Origin: Acidobacteriota bacterium
GTDB lineage: Bacteria; Acidobacteriota; Terriglobia; Terriglobales; Acidobacteriaceae
NCBI GenBank assembly: GCA_018268855.1
Contig: JAFDVR010000003.1
Span: 509 to 64,508 of the forward strand
DNA length: 64,000 bases
Direction of reading: 5' to 3'
Below the pieces are notes generated by a model. The model searched no databases, was not told the origin of the DNA, and saw only the letters and a program-made list of their open reading frames with translations. Position numbers and translations under genes: made by a program. Positions within the stretch are counted from its first letter, which is position 1; the number at the start of each line of letters is the position of its first letter. This document shows positions 16,701-24,911 of the stretch, in pieces.

Positions 16701-18137
16701 CTAGGCCAGTGTCTCCATCAGTTTGTTGATGGTGGAGTTGAGGTGCTTATCGGCGCGGCGCTGTTCGTCGATTTTGGCGATGGAGTGCATCACGGTGGTG
16801 TGGTGCTTGCCGCCGAACTGGCGTCCGATCTCGGGCAGGGAGGCTTCCGTCATCTGCTTGGCGAGATACATGGCGATCTGGCGCGGGACGACGATCTGGC
16901 GCGAGTTGTTCTTCTGCTTCAGTTCGCCCACCTTCATGCCGAACTGTTCCGCCGTGGCGCGCTGGATGGCTTCGATGGTGATCTTGCGCACCTGCGTATC
17001 GATGAACTGCTTGAGGCACTGTTGCGCCGTGGGCAGCGTGATTTCGACGCCGTGCAGCGAGCACCACGCCATCAGGCGAACGAGCGCGCCTTCGAGTTCA
17101 CGCACGTTGGTGCGGACGTTCGATGCGATAAAGAGCGCAACATCCGTCGGCAACGTGGCATGTTCGTTCTCCGCCTTCTTTTGCAGAATGGCGACCTTGG
17201 TTTCCAGGTCGGGCGGTTGAATGTCGGCGATCAAGCCCCACTCAAAGCGCGAACGCAGACGGTCTTCAAAGTCGGCCAGCTCTTTGGGAGGACGATCCGA
17301 GGCGATGACGATCTGCTTCATGCTCTCGTGCAGCGCGTTGAAGGTGTGGAAGAACTCTTCCTGCGTGCGCTCCTTGCCGGCGAGGAACTGAATGTCGTCG
17401 ATCAGCAGCACGTCCACTCCGCGATAGTTGTCGCGGAAGGTGGTCATCTTGTCATAACGCACGGAGCTGATCATCTCGTTGGTGAACTTTTCGCCGGAGA
17501 CGTAGCGGATGGTGGCGTGCGGATTGTGCCGTTTCACCTCGTGGCCGATGGCATGCATCAGGTGGGTCTTGCCCATGCCCACACCGCCGTAGAGGAAGAG
17601 CGGATTGTAGGCCCTGGACGGGCGCTCGGCCACGGCGAGCGAAGCCGCATGCGCAAACTGGTTGCCGCTGCCGATCACAAAGTTGTCGAACAGATAGCGC
17701 TGGTTCAGTTGCGCGGTGTTCCAGTCCAGCCGGCCCTGCTCAGGAGCAGGTGCGGGTGGCGGCGGAGCGTGGTTGCCGAGGCGGCCTGCGCGCGGCGTAA
17801 GCGGCGCCTGCGTGGAGTGCGCGGGCACGGGAGCAAAGCCGCCGTCTTCGCGCGTCTTGGGAGCGGTGGGATCTTCCGCCGCGGTCACAAACTTTACTTC
17901 GTCGATCTCGAGTTCCAGATTGTCCACGGCCTCGTAGATCAGGTCGCCGAACTTGTCGCCGAGGTGGCCGAACTCTTTGGAAGGAATGCGCACAAATAAC
18001 GTTCTGCCATTGACGTGCGAAAAGCGGGTGGGTTTGAGCCAGGTTTCAAACGACTGCCGGTTGATCTTCTTTTCGAGCGCGGAAAGAATGCGCATCCAGA
18101 AATTGGGAACAATGGCGGGCGTTGGAACAAATGACAT
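16701..18137 (-). CDS. dnaA: Chromosomal replication initiator DnaA
   Basis: 478-aa ORF. Walker A LFLYGGVGMGKTHLMHAIG. AAA+ sensor regions. C-terminal DNA-binding helix ...GGKHHTTVMHSIAKI... Confidence 0.96.
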   Translation of the reverse strand: MSFVPTPAIVPNFWMRILSALEKKINRQSFETWLKPTRFSHVNGRTLFVRIPSKEFGHLGDKFGDLIYEAVDNLELEIDEVKFVTAAEDPTAPKTREDGGFAPVPAHSTQAPLTPRAGRLGNHAPPPPAPAPEQGRLDWNTAQLNQRYLFDNFVIGSGNQFAHAASLAVAERPSRAYNPLFLYGGVGMGKTHLMHAIGHEVKRHNPHATIRYVSGEKFTNEMISSVRYDKMTTFRDNYRGVDVLLIDDIQFLAGKERTQEEFFHTFNALHESMKQIVIASDRPPKELADFEDRLRSRFEWGLIADIQPPDLETKVAILQKKAENEHATLPTDVALFIASNVRTNVRELEGALVRLMAWCSLHGVEITLPTAQQCLKQFIDTQVRKITIEAIQRATAEQFGMKVGELKQKNNSRQIVVPRQIAMYLAKQMTEASLPEIGRQFGGKHHTTVMHSIAKIDEQRRADKHLNSTINKLMETLA

Positions 18138-19176
18138 CAGTGTGTACTTCCTTCGTTCGATCTTTTGTTGTGCTCAATCTCTGCCTGGATGGCGGTCTCG
18201 AAATGCCTCTTGCGACTTCGTTGGCAACTGGCGGGCTAAGCCTGGGCTGTGGATTGCGCAGCGCAGGAAGCGTCCGGAGGTGTTGCGACGATCTCAACTG
18301 CATTGCCGGGAGAGCGATTGCAGTGAGCGAAGTTTCAGAGGATCGAGGGTACTGTCCGTGAGCAGAAATTGGTGCGTGTTGCAGTGTCGCGTTTCTTTGA
18401 AGCGAGACCAATCGTAGCAAGAAGAATGTGGCCTTGTACCGGAGGCATAGGGAATTTTTTTTTGCAAGAGCCTGCTTTGCACCAAAGGTTGTGAAGACTT
18501 GCGTGATGCTCCCTGAAAGTGCACAATGCAAAACTTTCGTTCCGATTTTCTGCGACAGACGATTGCGTCCCGCGCATGCAGCTTGCTAAAGTGCTGCGCG
18601 GTTTCGCAGACAACACGGCACGCATGTGTGTGTTGCATCGTGCCTGCGCGCATGCACGACGACCTAACTATGCCAAAGAGCAATGGCCGAGCAATGACGC
18701 ATCGTGTCACGCTGTTGCCGAAAATATAAAGCTACGTTGTGCATCCATCTGCGAACGGAGTTTGTCGAACAAGGCTGAGAGGAGGTACGAACCATGGACC
18801 CGGACACACCCGCATCCACACCACGAATCAGCGCAGCAGACCGTTTTGATAGCGGCATGCATGTGTCGTTTGAGAACGGCGAGGAGGGCTTCTACTCACA
18901 GGAGCTGCTCTACTCCATGCTCGATCGGACCGTTGCAGACGGTCGTCCAGCAGAGCCAGAGTCAATGCTCTCCGGGCAGGATAAAGAGCGCTAGCCTCTG
19001 CACAACGATGCGGAGCAGCGCTCCTACGCGCCGGACCGGCCCGCCCCGAAGGGCGCCGCATGTGCAAGCGCTGGAAAAATGGGTTGAAATCGGCTAGAAT
19101 CAAGACTTGGCCCGCTGCATTCTCGCGGGCTTCCCGCTCCTATAGCGACAGATTTGAAGAATAAGAGAGCAGAACC
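18138..19176. other. Candidate replication origin region (dnaA-rpmH divergent intergenic)
   Basis: 1 kb gap between divergent dnaA(-) and rpmH(+). Core genes to the left are on the minus strand and those to the right on the plus strand. Only weak DnaA-box-like 9-mers were seen (TGTGGATTG at 18248; GCATCCACA at 18811). There is a T10 run at about 18455. Confidence 0.3.
18794..18994 (+). CDS. Small hypothetical protein (66 aa)
   Basis: ATG preceded by GAGAGGAGG with about 7-nt spacing. Acidic, non-repetitive sequence (…HVSFENGEEGFYSQELLYSMLDR…). No family recognised. Confidence 0.35.
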   Translation: MDPDTPASTPRISAADRFDSGMHVSFENGEEGFYSQELLYSMLDRTVADGRPAEPESMLSGQDKER

Positions 19177-19332
19177 ATGCCAAAGCGCACCTTTCAACCC
19201 AACCGCCGCCGCCGCGCAAAGACCCACGGTTTCCTTACCCGCATGAAGACCAAGGCAGGGCAAACCGTTCTGAACCGCCGCCGCGCGAAGGGCCGCCACA
19301 AGATCGCCGTCTCCGCCGGCTACCGCGACTAA
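19177..19332 (+). CDS. rpmH: 50S ribosomal protein L34
   Basis: Not in the ORF track (51 aa). Hand translation: [51 protein letters not shown], unmistakably L34. Followed by rnpA. Confidence 0.95.
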   Translation: MPKRTFQPNRRRRAKTHGFLTRMKTKAGQTVLNRRRAKGRHKIAVSAGYRD

Positions 19333-19383
19333 TCCTGCGCGGATGGCGGGAGACGCGCTTTGCGCGTGTTCTTGCTGGTCGCC
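19333..19383 (+). repeat. Family-A repeat, partial copy directly after the rpmH TAA
   Basis: TCCTGCGCGGATGGCGGGAGACGCGCTTTGCGCGTGTTCTTGCTGGTCGCC. Contains the ACGCGC-loop-GCGCGT hairpin. Confidence 0.7.
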
Positions 19384-19419
19384 ACAAGCTGTCGTACATC
19401 CCCTGTTGAGGAAGGCTGA

Positions 19420-19821
19420 ATGGATTCCGCCAATCGCCTTCGCCGCCACGCCGATTACCAGGCCCTCTACAAAAACGGGCGCAAGCACTTTGCAAAACAC
19501 ATGAGCTACTTCGTCTCTCCCAGGTCCTGCGCGGACGGCGAAGGCGTTCGTGCGTTTGGTGAAGAGATTGCCGGGCCGCGCGTTGGTCTTACTGTAGGCA
19601 AGGTGCTCGGCAAAGCCGTCGATCGCAACCGCATCAAACGCCGCCTGCGTGCCGCCGTCCGTCAGCATATCGGTTTGCTGGATGGGCTGGATGTCGATAT
19701 CGCGCTCCATCCGCGCAAAGTTGTTCTGGATCTGGATTGGAGCGTACTGGAGGAGGAGGTGGCTTTTATCTTTCGTGCGATTGCGAAGATGCAGGAGAAG
19801 AAGACAACCGGAACTGTATAA
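19420..19821 (+). CDS. rnpA: Ribonuclease P protein component
   Basis: 133-aa basic ORF with ...RVGLTVGKVLGKAVDRNRIKRRLRAAVR... Conserved rpmH-rnpA order. Confidence 0.85.
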   Translation: MDSANRLRRHADYQALYKNGRKHFAKHMSYFVSPRSCADGEGVRAFGEEIAGPRVGLTVGKVLGKAVDRNRIKRRLRAAVRQHIGLLDGLDVDIALHPRKVVLDLDWSVLEEEVAFIFRAIAKMQEKKTTGTV

Positions 19822-19969
19822 AACTTCTTCCTCTCCCTAGCCGGAATGTATAACTTTTCTTGACATGCCTGAAATCGGGGCGTGGAATGGAAATGTTCAC
19901 GGATGCACATGGTGCATCTAATGAATTGCCCCCAACACGGCGGCAACCGTATTGAGGGCAAGTAGTGAA

Positions 19970-20086
19970 CTAGAAGATCACTACGACTGTTACGACCGCA
20001 GCAATCAGAAGTGCTGTGACGATAGCCAGGGCGAGATTCCCTGACACCGACACAGAACCCTGAGCCTTGGCTGTTCCAAGTCTCAT
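19970..20086 (-). CDS. Candidate 38-aa hydrophobic peptide
   Basis: Internal ATG of the 76-aa tracked ORF, preceded by AAGGAGGA with 7-nt spacing. Sequence MRLGTAKAQGSVSVSGNLALAIVTALLIAAVVTVVVIF has a single C-terminal transmembrane helix. Confidence 0.35.
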   Translation of the reverse strand: MRLGTAKAQGSVSVSGNLALAIVTALLIAAVVTVVVIF

Positions 20087-20350
20087 GTGTTTGTCCTCCT
20101 TCTTTGTAATGACGCCCCGGAGCCATAACTCCGGGGCGTTCTCGTTTCGCACAGGGCGAATCTTTGAAGCTCCGGTTGTGTGCTCTGTGCGCTGCCGCAA
20201 GAAAGAAGACCGAATCAGTATCGCATCCGTATGATTGAAAAACCCTGAAGGGATGGCAGGTCCGCGCAGGGGAGTTGAAGTGCACTACTTCAGAAAATGC
20301 TGTAAACCAGCATGCGTAGAGCAGATTCCTTTGAGATATAGGGGCGAGGA

Positions 20351-20430
20351 TAGGTCGCGCCTTCAGCGCTCTGGTTGTGTGTAGGCTGCATACCTGGGGC
20401 TAATATAGAGCGGGCCTTCGGCCCCTAAAA
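20351..20430 (+). repeat. Family-E repeat
   Basis: TAGGTCGCGCCTTCAGCGCTCTG...TACCTGGGGC...GCGGGCCTTCGGCCCCTAAAA. Longer copies at 28033-28124 and 55032-55122. Ends approximate. Confidence 0.75.
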
Positions 20431-20563
20431 CTTTAGCCTTCTCCAGCTTCGAAGCACCTGCCATTCCTGTAGGTGGCTTGTATGTTGTACGCCAGAATGT
20501 TGTGTAAATGGAAAGGCCACGCCTGTAGAACGCGTGGCCTGTTCGCATGCAGATCGAGATCGA

Positions 20564-21007
20564 CTACTTCTTCTGCTCGAGATTGAACATCCAGTGGACG
20601 CCGAACTTGTCCGTCAGCATGCCGAAGCGGGCGCCCCAGAAGGTGTCGCCCACCGGCAACATCACTTTGCCGCCTTCGCTCAGGCTGGCGAAGAACCTGT
20701 CCTGCTCCTGTTCGGATTCGCAGTCGATGCTCACGGCGAAGTTGCCCTCTCCCTGGGCCGTCTGGCCTACCGGAACGTCGGAGGCCATGAGGACAGCGTT
20801 GCCAACGCGAATGTTGGCGTGCATCACGCGGTCCTGCGAGGCGGCCATATCAGCGCCTTCGCCGCAACCTTCCTGATTGGTACCGGGTTGCGGAGGCGCG
20901 TCTGCGAAGGTCATGATGTGCGGCTCCGCTCCGAGCGCTTTGCCGTAGAAGGTGATCGCTTCACGGCAGTTTCCATTGAAAAAGAGATAGGGCTGAATTG
21001 CTTTCAT
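20564..21007 (-). CDS. VOC (glyoxalase/PhnB-like) family protein
   Basis: 147-aa ORF: MKAIQPYLFFNGNCREAITFYGKALGAE...FWGARFGMLTDKFGVHWMFN, the typical PhnB/YjdN-like pattern. Confidence 0.75.
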   Translation of the reverse strand: MKAIQPYLFFNGNCREAITFYGKALGAEPHIMTFADAPPQPGTNQEGCGEGADMAASQDRVMHANIRVGNAVLMASDVPVGQTAQGEGNFAVSIDCESEQEQDRFFASLSEGGKVMLPVGDTFWGARFGMLTDKFGVHWMFNLEQKK

Positions 21008-21681
21008 CGTTTTGCTCCTGTTGGTTTGAATGAGGCCCGAAGTGTGTCGAGATAGTCGCAGAGCGCGTCGCCTGCCTGTTGCATCCGTTCCGCATCCTGT
21101 GAACTTTTGCCGGTGCCCCAGATGCCCATCTGCGCGGCGACGATGAGCGCGGCGGCGCTTTTGGGAGAGACCGTATCGCGAACGGTCCTGTTCTTGATGC
21201 CGTTGCGAATGGCTTCGGCGTAAGCGCTGCGCCAGGTATCGTAGAGCGTATTGAGACGCTTATGAAATTCCTTGTCGAGCGGCGACATCTCCTGCGCCAG
21301 ATTGTTCAGCGGACAGCCGAAGACAAAGTGGCCGCTGGCGATGTCTTCTTTCACATAACGCTTGCATGTTTTGCGGATCGTCCTGATGGGATCGTCGCTG
21401 TCGCGCAGCGGGTCGAGCCAGCGCTGCAGCAGCAGCGGGCCGATATACTCGTCCACCACGGCGTAGCCGAGCGCCTGTTTGGAAGCGAAGTAGTGGAAGA
21501 GCGCGCCCTTGGTAAGTCCCGTCTCTTCGGCGATGGTGTTCACACTGGCGCCCTGAAAGCCGTTGCGGTAGATCTCGCCGAACGCCGTCTCGATCACTTT
21601 GCGGCGGGTGGCTTCTGCGTCGCGGGATTTCGATAGCAGCTTCACGGGTACAACATACCTACCGGTAGGTATGTATGTCAA
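21004..21681 (-). CDS. TetR/AcrR family transcriptional regulator
   Basis: N-terminal HTH RRKVIETAFGEIYRNGFQGASVNTIAEETGLTKGALFHYFASKQAL. 4-nt overlap with the downstream VOC gene. Exact start uncertain. Confidence 0.8.
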   Translation of the reverse strand: MTYIPTGRYVVPVKLLSKSRDAEATRRKVIETAFGEIYRNGFQGASVNTIAEETGLTKGALFHYFASKQALGYAVVDEYIGPLLLQRWLDPLRDSDDPIRTIRKTCKRYVKEDIASGHFVFGCPLNNLAQEMSPLDKEFHKRLNTLYDTWRSAYAEAIRNGIKNRTVRDTVSPKSAAALIVAAQMGIWGTGKSSQDAERMQQAGDALCDYLDTLRASFKPTGAKR

Positions 21682-21724
21682 AAACAGCCATCAATCCGGC
21701 TTGCCGGTCTTCGCAATTTTGAAG

Positions 21725-21758
21725 GAGATGGCCGTCCGTCTGCTAAGACGGCCATCTC
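21725..21758. terminator. 12-bp-stem hairpin downstream of the IPT/TIG gene
   Basis: GAGATGGCCGTC-(10 nt)-GACGGCCATCTC. No clean U-tract on either strand, so the terminator function is uncertain. Confidence 0.4.
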
Positions 21759-21771
21759 TAAACAACCTTCT

Positions 21772-24700
21772 CTAGTTGCTTACATTCACGGCAATGACTG
21801 CCGTGTTGTCGTTTGTATAGCTATCAGGCTCTGTGGAATCTGCCTTCCACGAGAATCCGGCCGGACCAGCCGCGCTGTGCACCACCGTGTAGGTAACGGT
21901 GGCGCTGGCGCCGCTCGCCAGCGATCCAAGGCTGCAGCGGACCTGGATCTGCACCGAACAGGAGCCTGCGGTTGTGGAGACGGAGGTGAAGGTGGTGTTG
22001 TCTGAAAACATTGTGGAGAGCAGAACGTTGGTGGCCGGTCCACCATTGTTGAGGACCGTGGCGGTGTAGGTGGTTGCCACGTTTTGGGCCGGTGTGCCGG
22101 AAGAGGTCGCGGTCACGGCCAGATCGGTCGAGGATACGGGCGCGCCCGCCACCGATCGAAGCGAGTACATGCCGTTAAGAGAACGGAAGGCGAGTCCATT
22201 TGTGCCCCAACGCGTGAGATTAATGGGCATACGTTCGGGGCCCCAATGGAGGGTGCCTATAAGGATCAGCAAAGGCAGTTCGTTGCTGAGCACGGGCACT
22301 CCCGTGGAGAGGCTGTAGGTATGCAGGGCATCTACATAGTTCATCTCAACACTGCTTCCGAGCGAGCCTTGCGAATCCACGGTATAGAGCTTGTTGAGGG
22401 TTGTATCCGCAGCGACGGTGCCGGCGGCATAGGAGCCGGCGACGAGTGTGCCGTCAGCCAGAGAGAACGCCCGGCCAAAGGACGTGTAGAAGTTTCCGCC
22501 TGCGACGGCGATGTCGGGATAGCCTTCTGCTGTCAGAACGTTGGAATCATCGTGTGCCAGCTTTTGCGTCAGGCCGGTGCTGTTATATCCAAAGATGGTG
22601 TAGCTGTTGACTCCGACCGCGGAGATCTCGCTCTTGGTCGTGTCCACGCTGGCCCAGCCTACATATCTGTCCAGAAATGAGCCGCGAAGAACACCCGCAT
22701 CGAAGATGCCTACTTTATACGGCTGAGCGACAAGATTGTAGAAGATCGAGAGGAAGACGGAATTTGGTTGTCCGGGAATGGGCAACAGACAAATGGCGGA
22801 GGGATTGCTGCCGCCCGGGACCGGGGGAAGACTGAAGGGCGGATCGGCGACGCCGGTGGTGAGATTCACTCGCTGCACGGCACCCAGCGAAGGCAGGCTC
22901 ACCCAGAGATACACACCGTCGTCTGAGACTGCCGTCTGGCCGGGAGGGCCCGCGACGGGAATGGGTATATCTAAGATCTGCTTCACTGGATCGAAGGGCA
23001 CCACTGTGCTGGCGTAGGAAGCGGGAGCGCCCAGTCCAGGCGTGATGTAAAACTTGCCGTTTGCAGCGCTATACGTAATTTTGCTGGTCGAGAAGGAAAC
23101 AAACCCGGAATCGACCAGGCGGATGTAGATTGTGCCGGAGCCTTGCGACAGGGAGGCGCTCGTTATCCATATGCTGGGAGAACCTTCGAGTGTGAGCACG
23201 TTTGTGGGAACGGTGACTGTGATTTCGTTCGCGCTGACCCGGGTGCCTGTAAACGAAGTGTCCTGGATCGTGCTGTTGGCCACGAACTTCCAGTGGACGA
23301 GAGGATCCGGCGGCATGTTCGCTCCATAGAGATGGATGGTGGTATCGCCGGAGCGGGTATACAGCATTGCGGGCTGCACGGACGAGAGCGTAATGGCGAA
23401 GGGAATGTACAGGTAGAGATATGCCGTATGGAGAGAGGATGGGTAATTGTCTGTGCGCAGACGCACAGGATGATTATCGGGCCCCTGCTCGGACGGGGAG
23501 AGCACGAAGGTGATCGTCGTAGAGTTCACATAGGTGGAGCTATGGTCGTTTCCATTGAACTCCAGGTGGGTCGTGGGGGTGAAGCCCGTTCCTGTGAGTG
23601 TGATGGTGACTGGAGTTGTTCCGCCGGGTGGCAGCGTGGAAGGCGATATAGCCGTAAGCGCGAGGCCCGCTGTGATAGAGATGTCTGCCGGGGCAGAGTC
23701 TCCCCCTCCCGGCGAGGGATTGTGCACGACCAGAGGCAGTGTTGCAGCGGTCGCTATGTCAGCCGCGCTCAGCTTGGTGGTGAGCTGTGTGTTGGATAGG
23801 TACGTGGCAACGTGCGTTACGCCATTCACCGTGATGGTGGAGGAAGACAGGAAGCCTGTGCCGGTAATGGTCACCGTTGGCGTGCCTGTTGTGCCTGCCT
23901 GGAAGCTCGCGGGCGAGAGGCTCGTGATAACCGGTGTCGCGTTATTGACAGGCTGAGGAATGGCGGGGCTGGCCGCGCCGCCGTTTTTGGCAACCACCGA
24001 GATTGTTCCCGCTGAAGCAAGCTTCGCTGCCGGCATTACAAAGGAGATCGAGGCGGGAGAAAGATAGGTGGTGGCCACAGCAGTTCCATCCACCTCTACC
24101 GTTGTGGTGGAGAGAAAGTTTGCGCCCGTCAGCACCACCGTAATGGCTGGAGACCCCACGTTGAAAGAGGCCGGTGAGATGCTGGAGATGGTTGGGGCAA
24201 ATGCCGGTGCGGTCACGGTAAACGGAACTGAACCACTTGCAGCTGTGCCGTTCTTCGCAACAATACCAAGGGAGCCGGCGCTGGCTAGTTTACCGGCTGG
24301 AATGACTGCCGTCATGGACGTTGCGGAGACGTAGGTTGCGGCGACAGCAGTGCCACTCACTTCCACCGTTGTGGTGGAGAGAAAGTTTGTGCCGGTGAGC
24401 GTAATTGTGGTGGCAGCAGAGCCTGCCGCTGCGCTGGCGGGTGTGACTGCGGTAAGTGTAGGTGCCGCGGCCGGCGCTGTGACCGTGAAGCTAACCGGTG
24501 CACTGGCATCGGAACCGTTTTTGGCTACGATGGAGAGAGAACCGGCTGTAGCAAGTTGCGTTGCCGGGATGACCGCAGTGAGCGAAGTGGCTGAAACATA
24601 GGTCCGCGCTACGTTTGTTCCTGCTACTTCCACTGTGGTGGACGGCAGAAAGTTTGTCCCTGTGAGCGTAACCGTAGTGGCAGCAGAGCCAGCCACCGCA

Positions 24701-24843
24701 CTTGCGGGTGCGACTGCGGTGAGCGTGGGAGCGGAAGCAGGTGGGGTAGTGGTATTACCGCCAGAACTTGGACCGCCACATCCGGAGAAGAGGAAAAGGG
24801 CCGTCGAGCACACCAAAGCAGACACAACACAGCGAAAAGACAT
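21772..24843 (-). CDS. Large lipoprotein with tandem IPT/TIG-like repeats and a C-terminal DUF11-like repeat domain
   Basis: 1023 aa. Lipobox LFLFSGCGG. At least 5 repeats of the ...TLTGTNFL.STTVEV.GT.VA.TYVSATS.TAVIPA... module. C-terminal ...TYTATVLNNGGPATNVLL... resembles the conserved DUF11 repeat. Confidence 0.7.
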   Translation of the reverse strand: MSFRCVVSALVCSTALFLFSGCGGPSSGGNTTTPPASAPTLTAVAPASAVAGSAATTVTLTGTNFLPSTTVEVAGTNVARTYVSATSLTAVIPATQLATAGSLSIVAKNGSDASAPVSFTVTAPAAAPTLTAVTPASAAAGSAATTITLTGTNFLSTTTVEVSGTAVAATYVSATSMTAVIPAGKLASAGSLGIVAKNGTAASGSVPFTVTAPAFAPTISSISPASFNVGSPAITVVLTGANFLSTTTVEVDGTAVATTYLSPASISFVMPAAKLASAGTISVVAKNGGAASPAIPQPVNNATPVITSLSPASFQAGTTGTPTVTITGTGFLSSSTITVNGVTHVATYLSNTQLTTKLSAADIATAATLPLVVHNPSPGGGDSAPADISITAGLALTAISPSTLPPGGTTPVTITLTGTGFTPTTHLEFNGNDHSSTYVNSTTITFVLSPSEQGPDNHPVRLRTDNYPSSLHTAYLYLYIPFAITLSSVQPAMLYTRSGDTTIHLYGANMPPDPLVHWKFVANSTIQDTSFTGTRVSANEITVTVPTNVLTLEGSPSIWITSASLSQGSGTIYIRLVDSGFVSFSTSKITYSAANGKFYITPGLGAPASYASTVVPFDPVKQILDIPIPVAGPPGQTAVSDDGVYLWVSLPSLGAVQRVNLTTGVADPPFSLPPVPGGSNPSAICLLPIPGQPNSVFLSIFYNLVAQPYKVGIFDAGVLRGSFLDRYVGWASVDTTKSEISAVGVNSYTIFGYNSTGLTQKLAHDDSNVLTAEGYPDIAVAGGNFYTSFGRAFSLADGTLVAGSYAAGTVAADTTLNKLYTVDSQGSLGSSVEMNYVDALHTYSLSTGVPVLSNELPLLILIGTLHWGPERMPINLTRWGTNGLAFRSLNGMYSLRSVAGAPVSSTDLAVTATSSGTPAQNVATTYTATVLNNGGPATNVLLSTMFSDNTTFTSVSTTAGSCSVQIQVRCSLGSLASGASATVTYTVVHSAAGPAGFSWKADSTEPDSYTNDNTAVIAVNVSN

Positions 24844-24911
24844 GCTTAATCATCCGCTTACAAACTAAGCGAATGCAAGAAGGAAGTGGGCTGATGAAGC
24901 GCGGGGGTCAC

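Noticed and set aside
16641-17999. 452-aa plus-strand ORF antisense to dnaA. Similar long antisense ORFs lie opposite dnaN (26792-28030), the Gfo/Idh/MocA gene (30278-31317), purK (50901-51884) and the E2 gene (52772-54022, 53606-54781).
   Set aside because: These are shadow ORFs typical of high-GC DNA. Their composition is Arg/Ala/Gly/His-rich, they have no motifs, and the opposite strand carries unambiguous conserved genes.
19822-20563. The expected yidD/yidC (membrane insertase) genes after rnpA.
   Set aside because: No ORF with YidD or YidC features exists on either strand. The space holds only the small hydrophobic ORF candidate, hairpins and a family-E repeat. The insertase genes must lie elsewhere.
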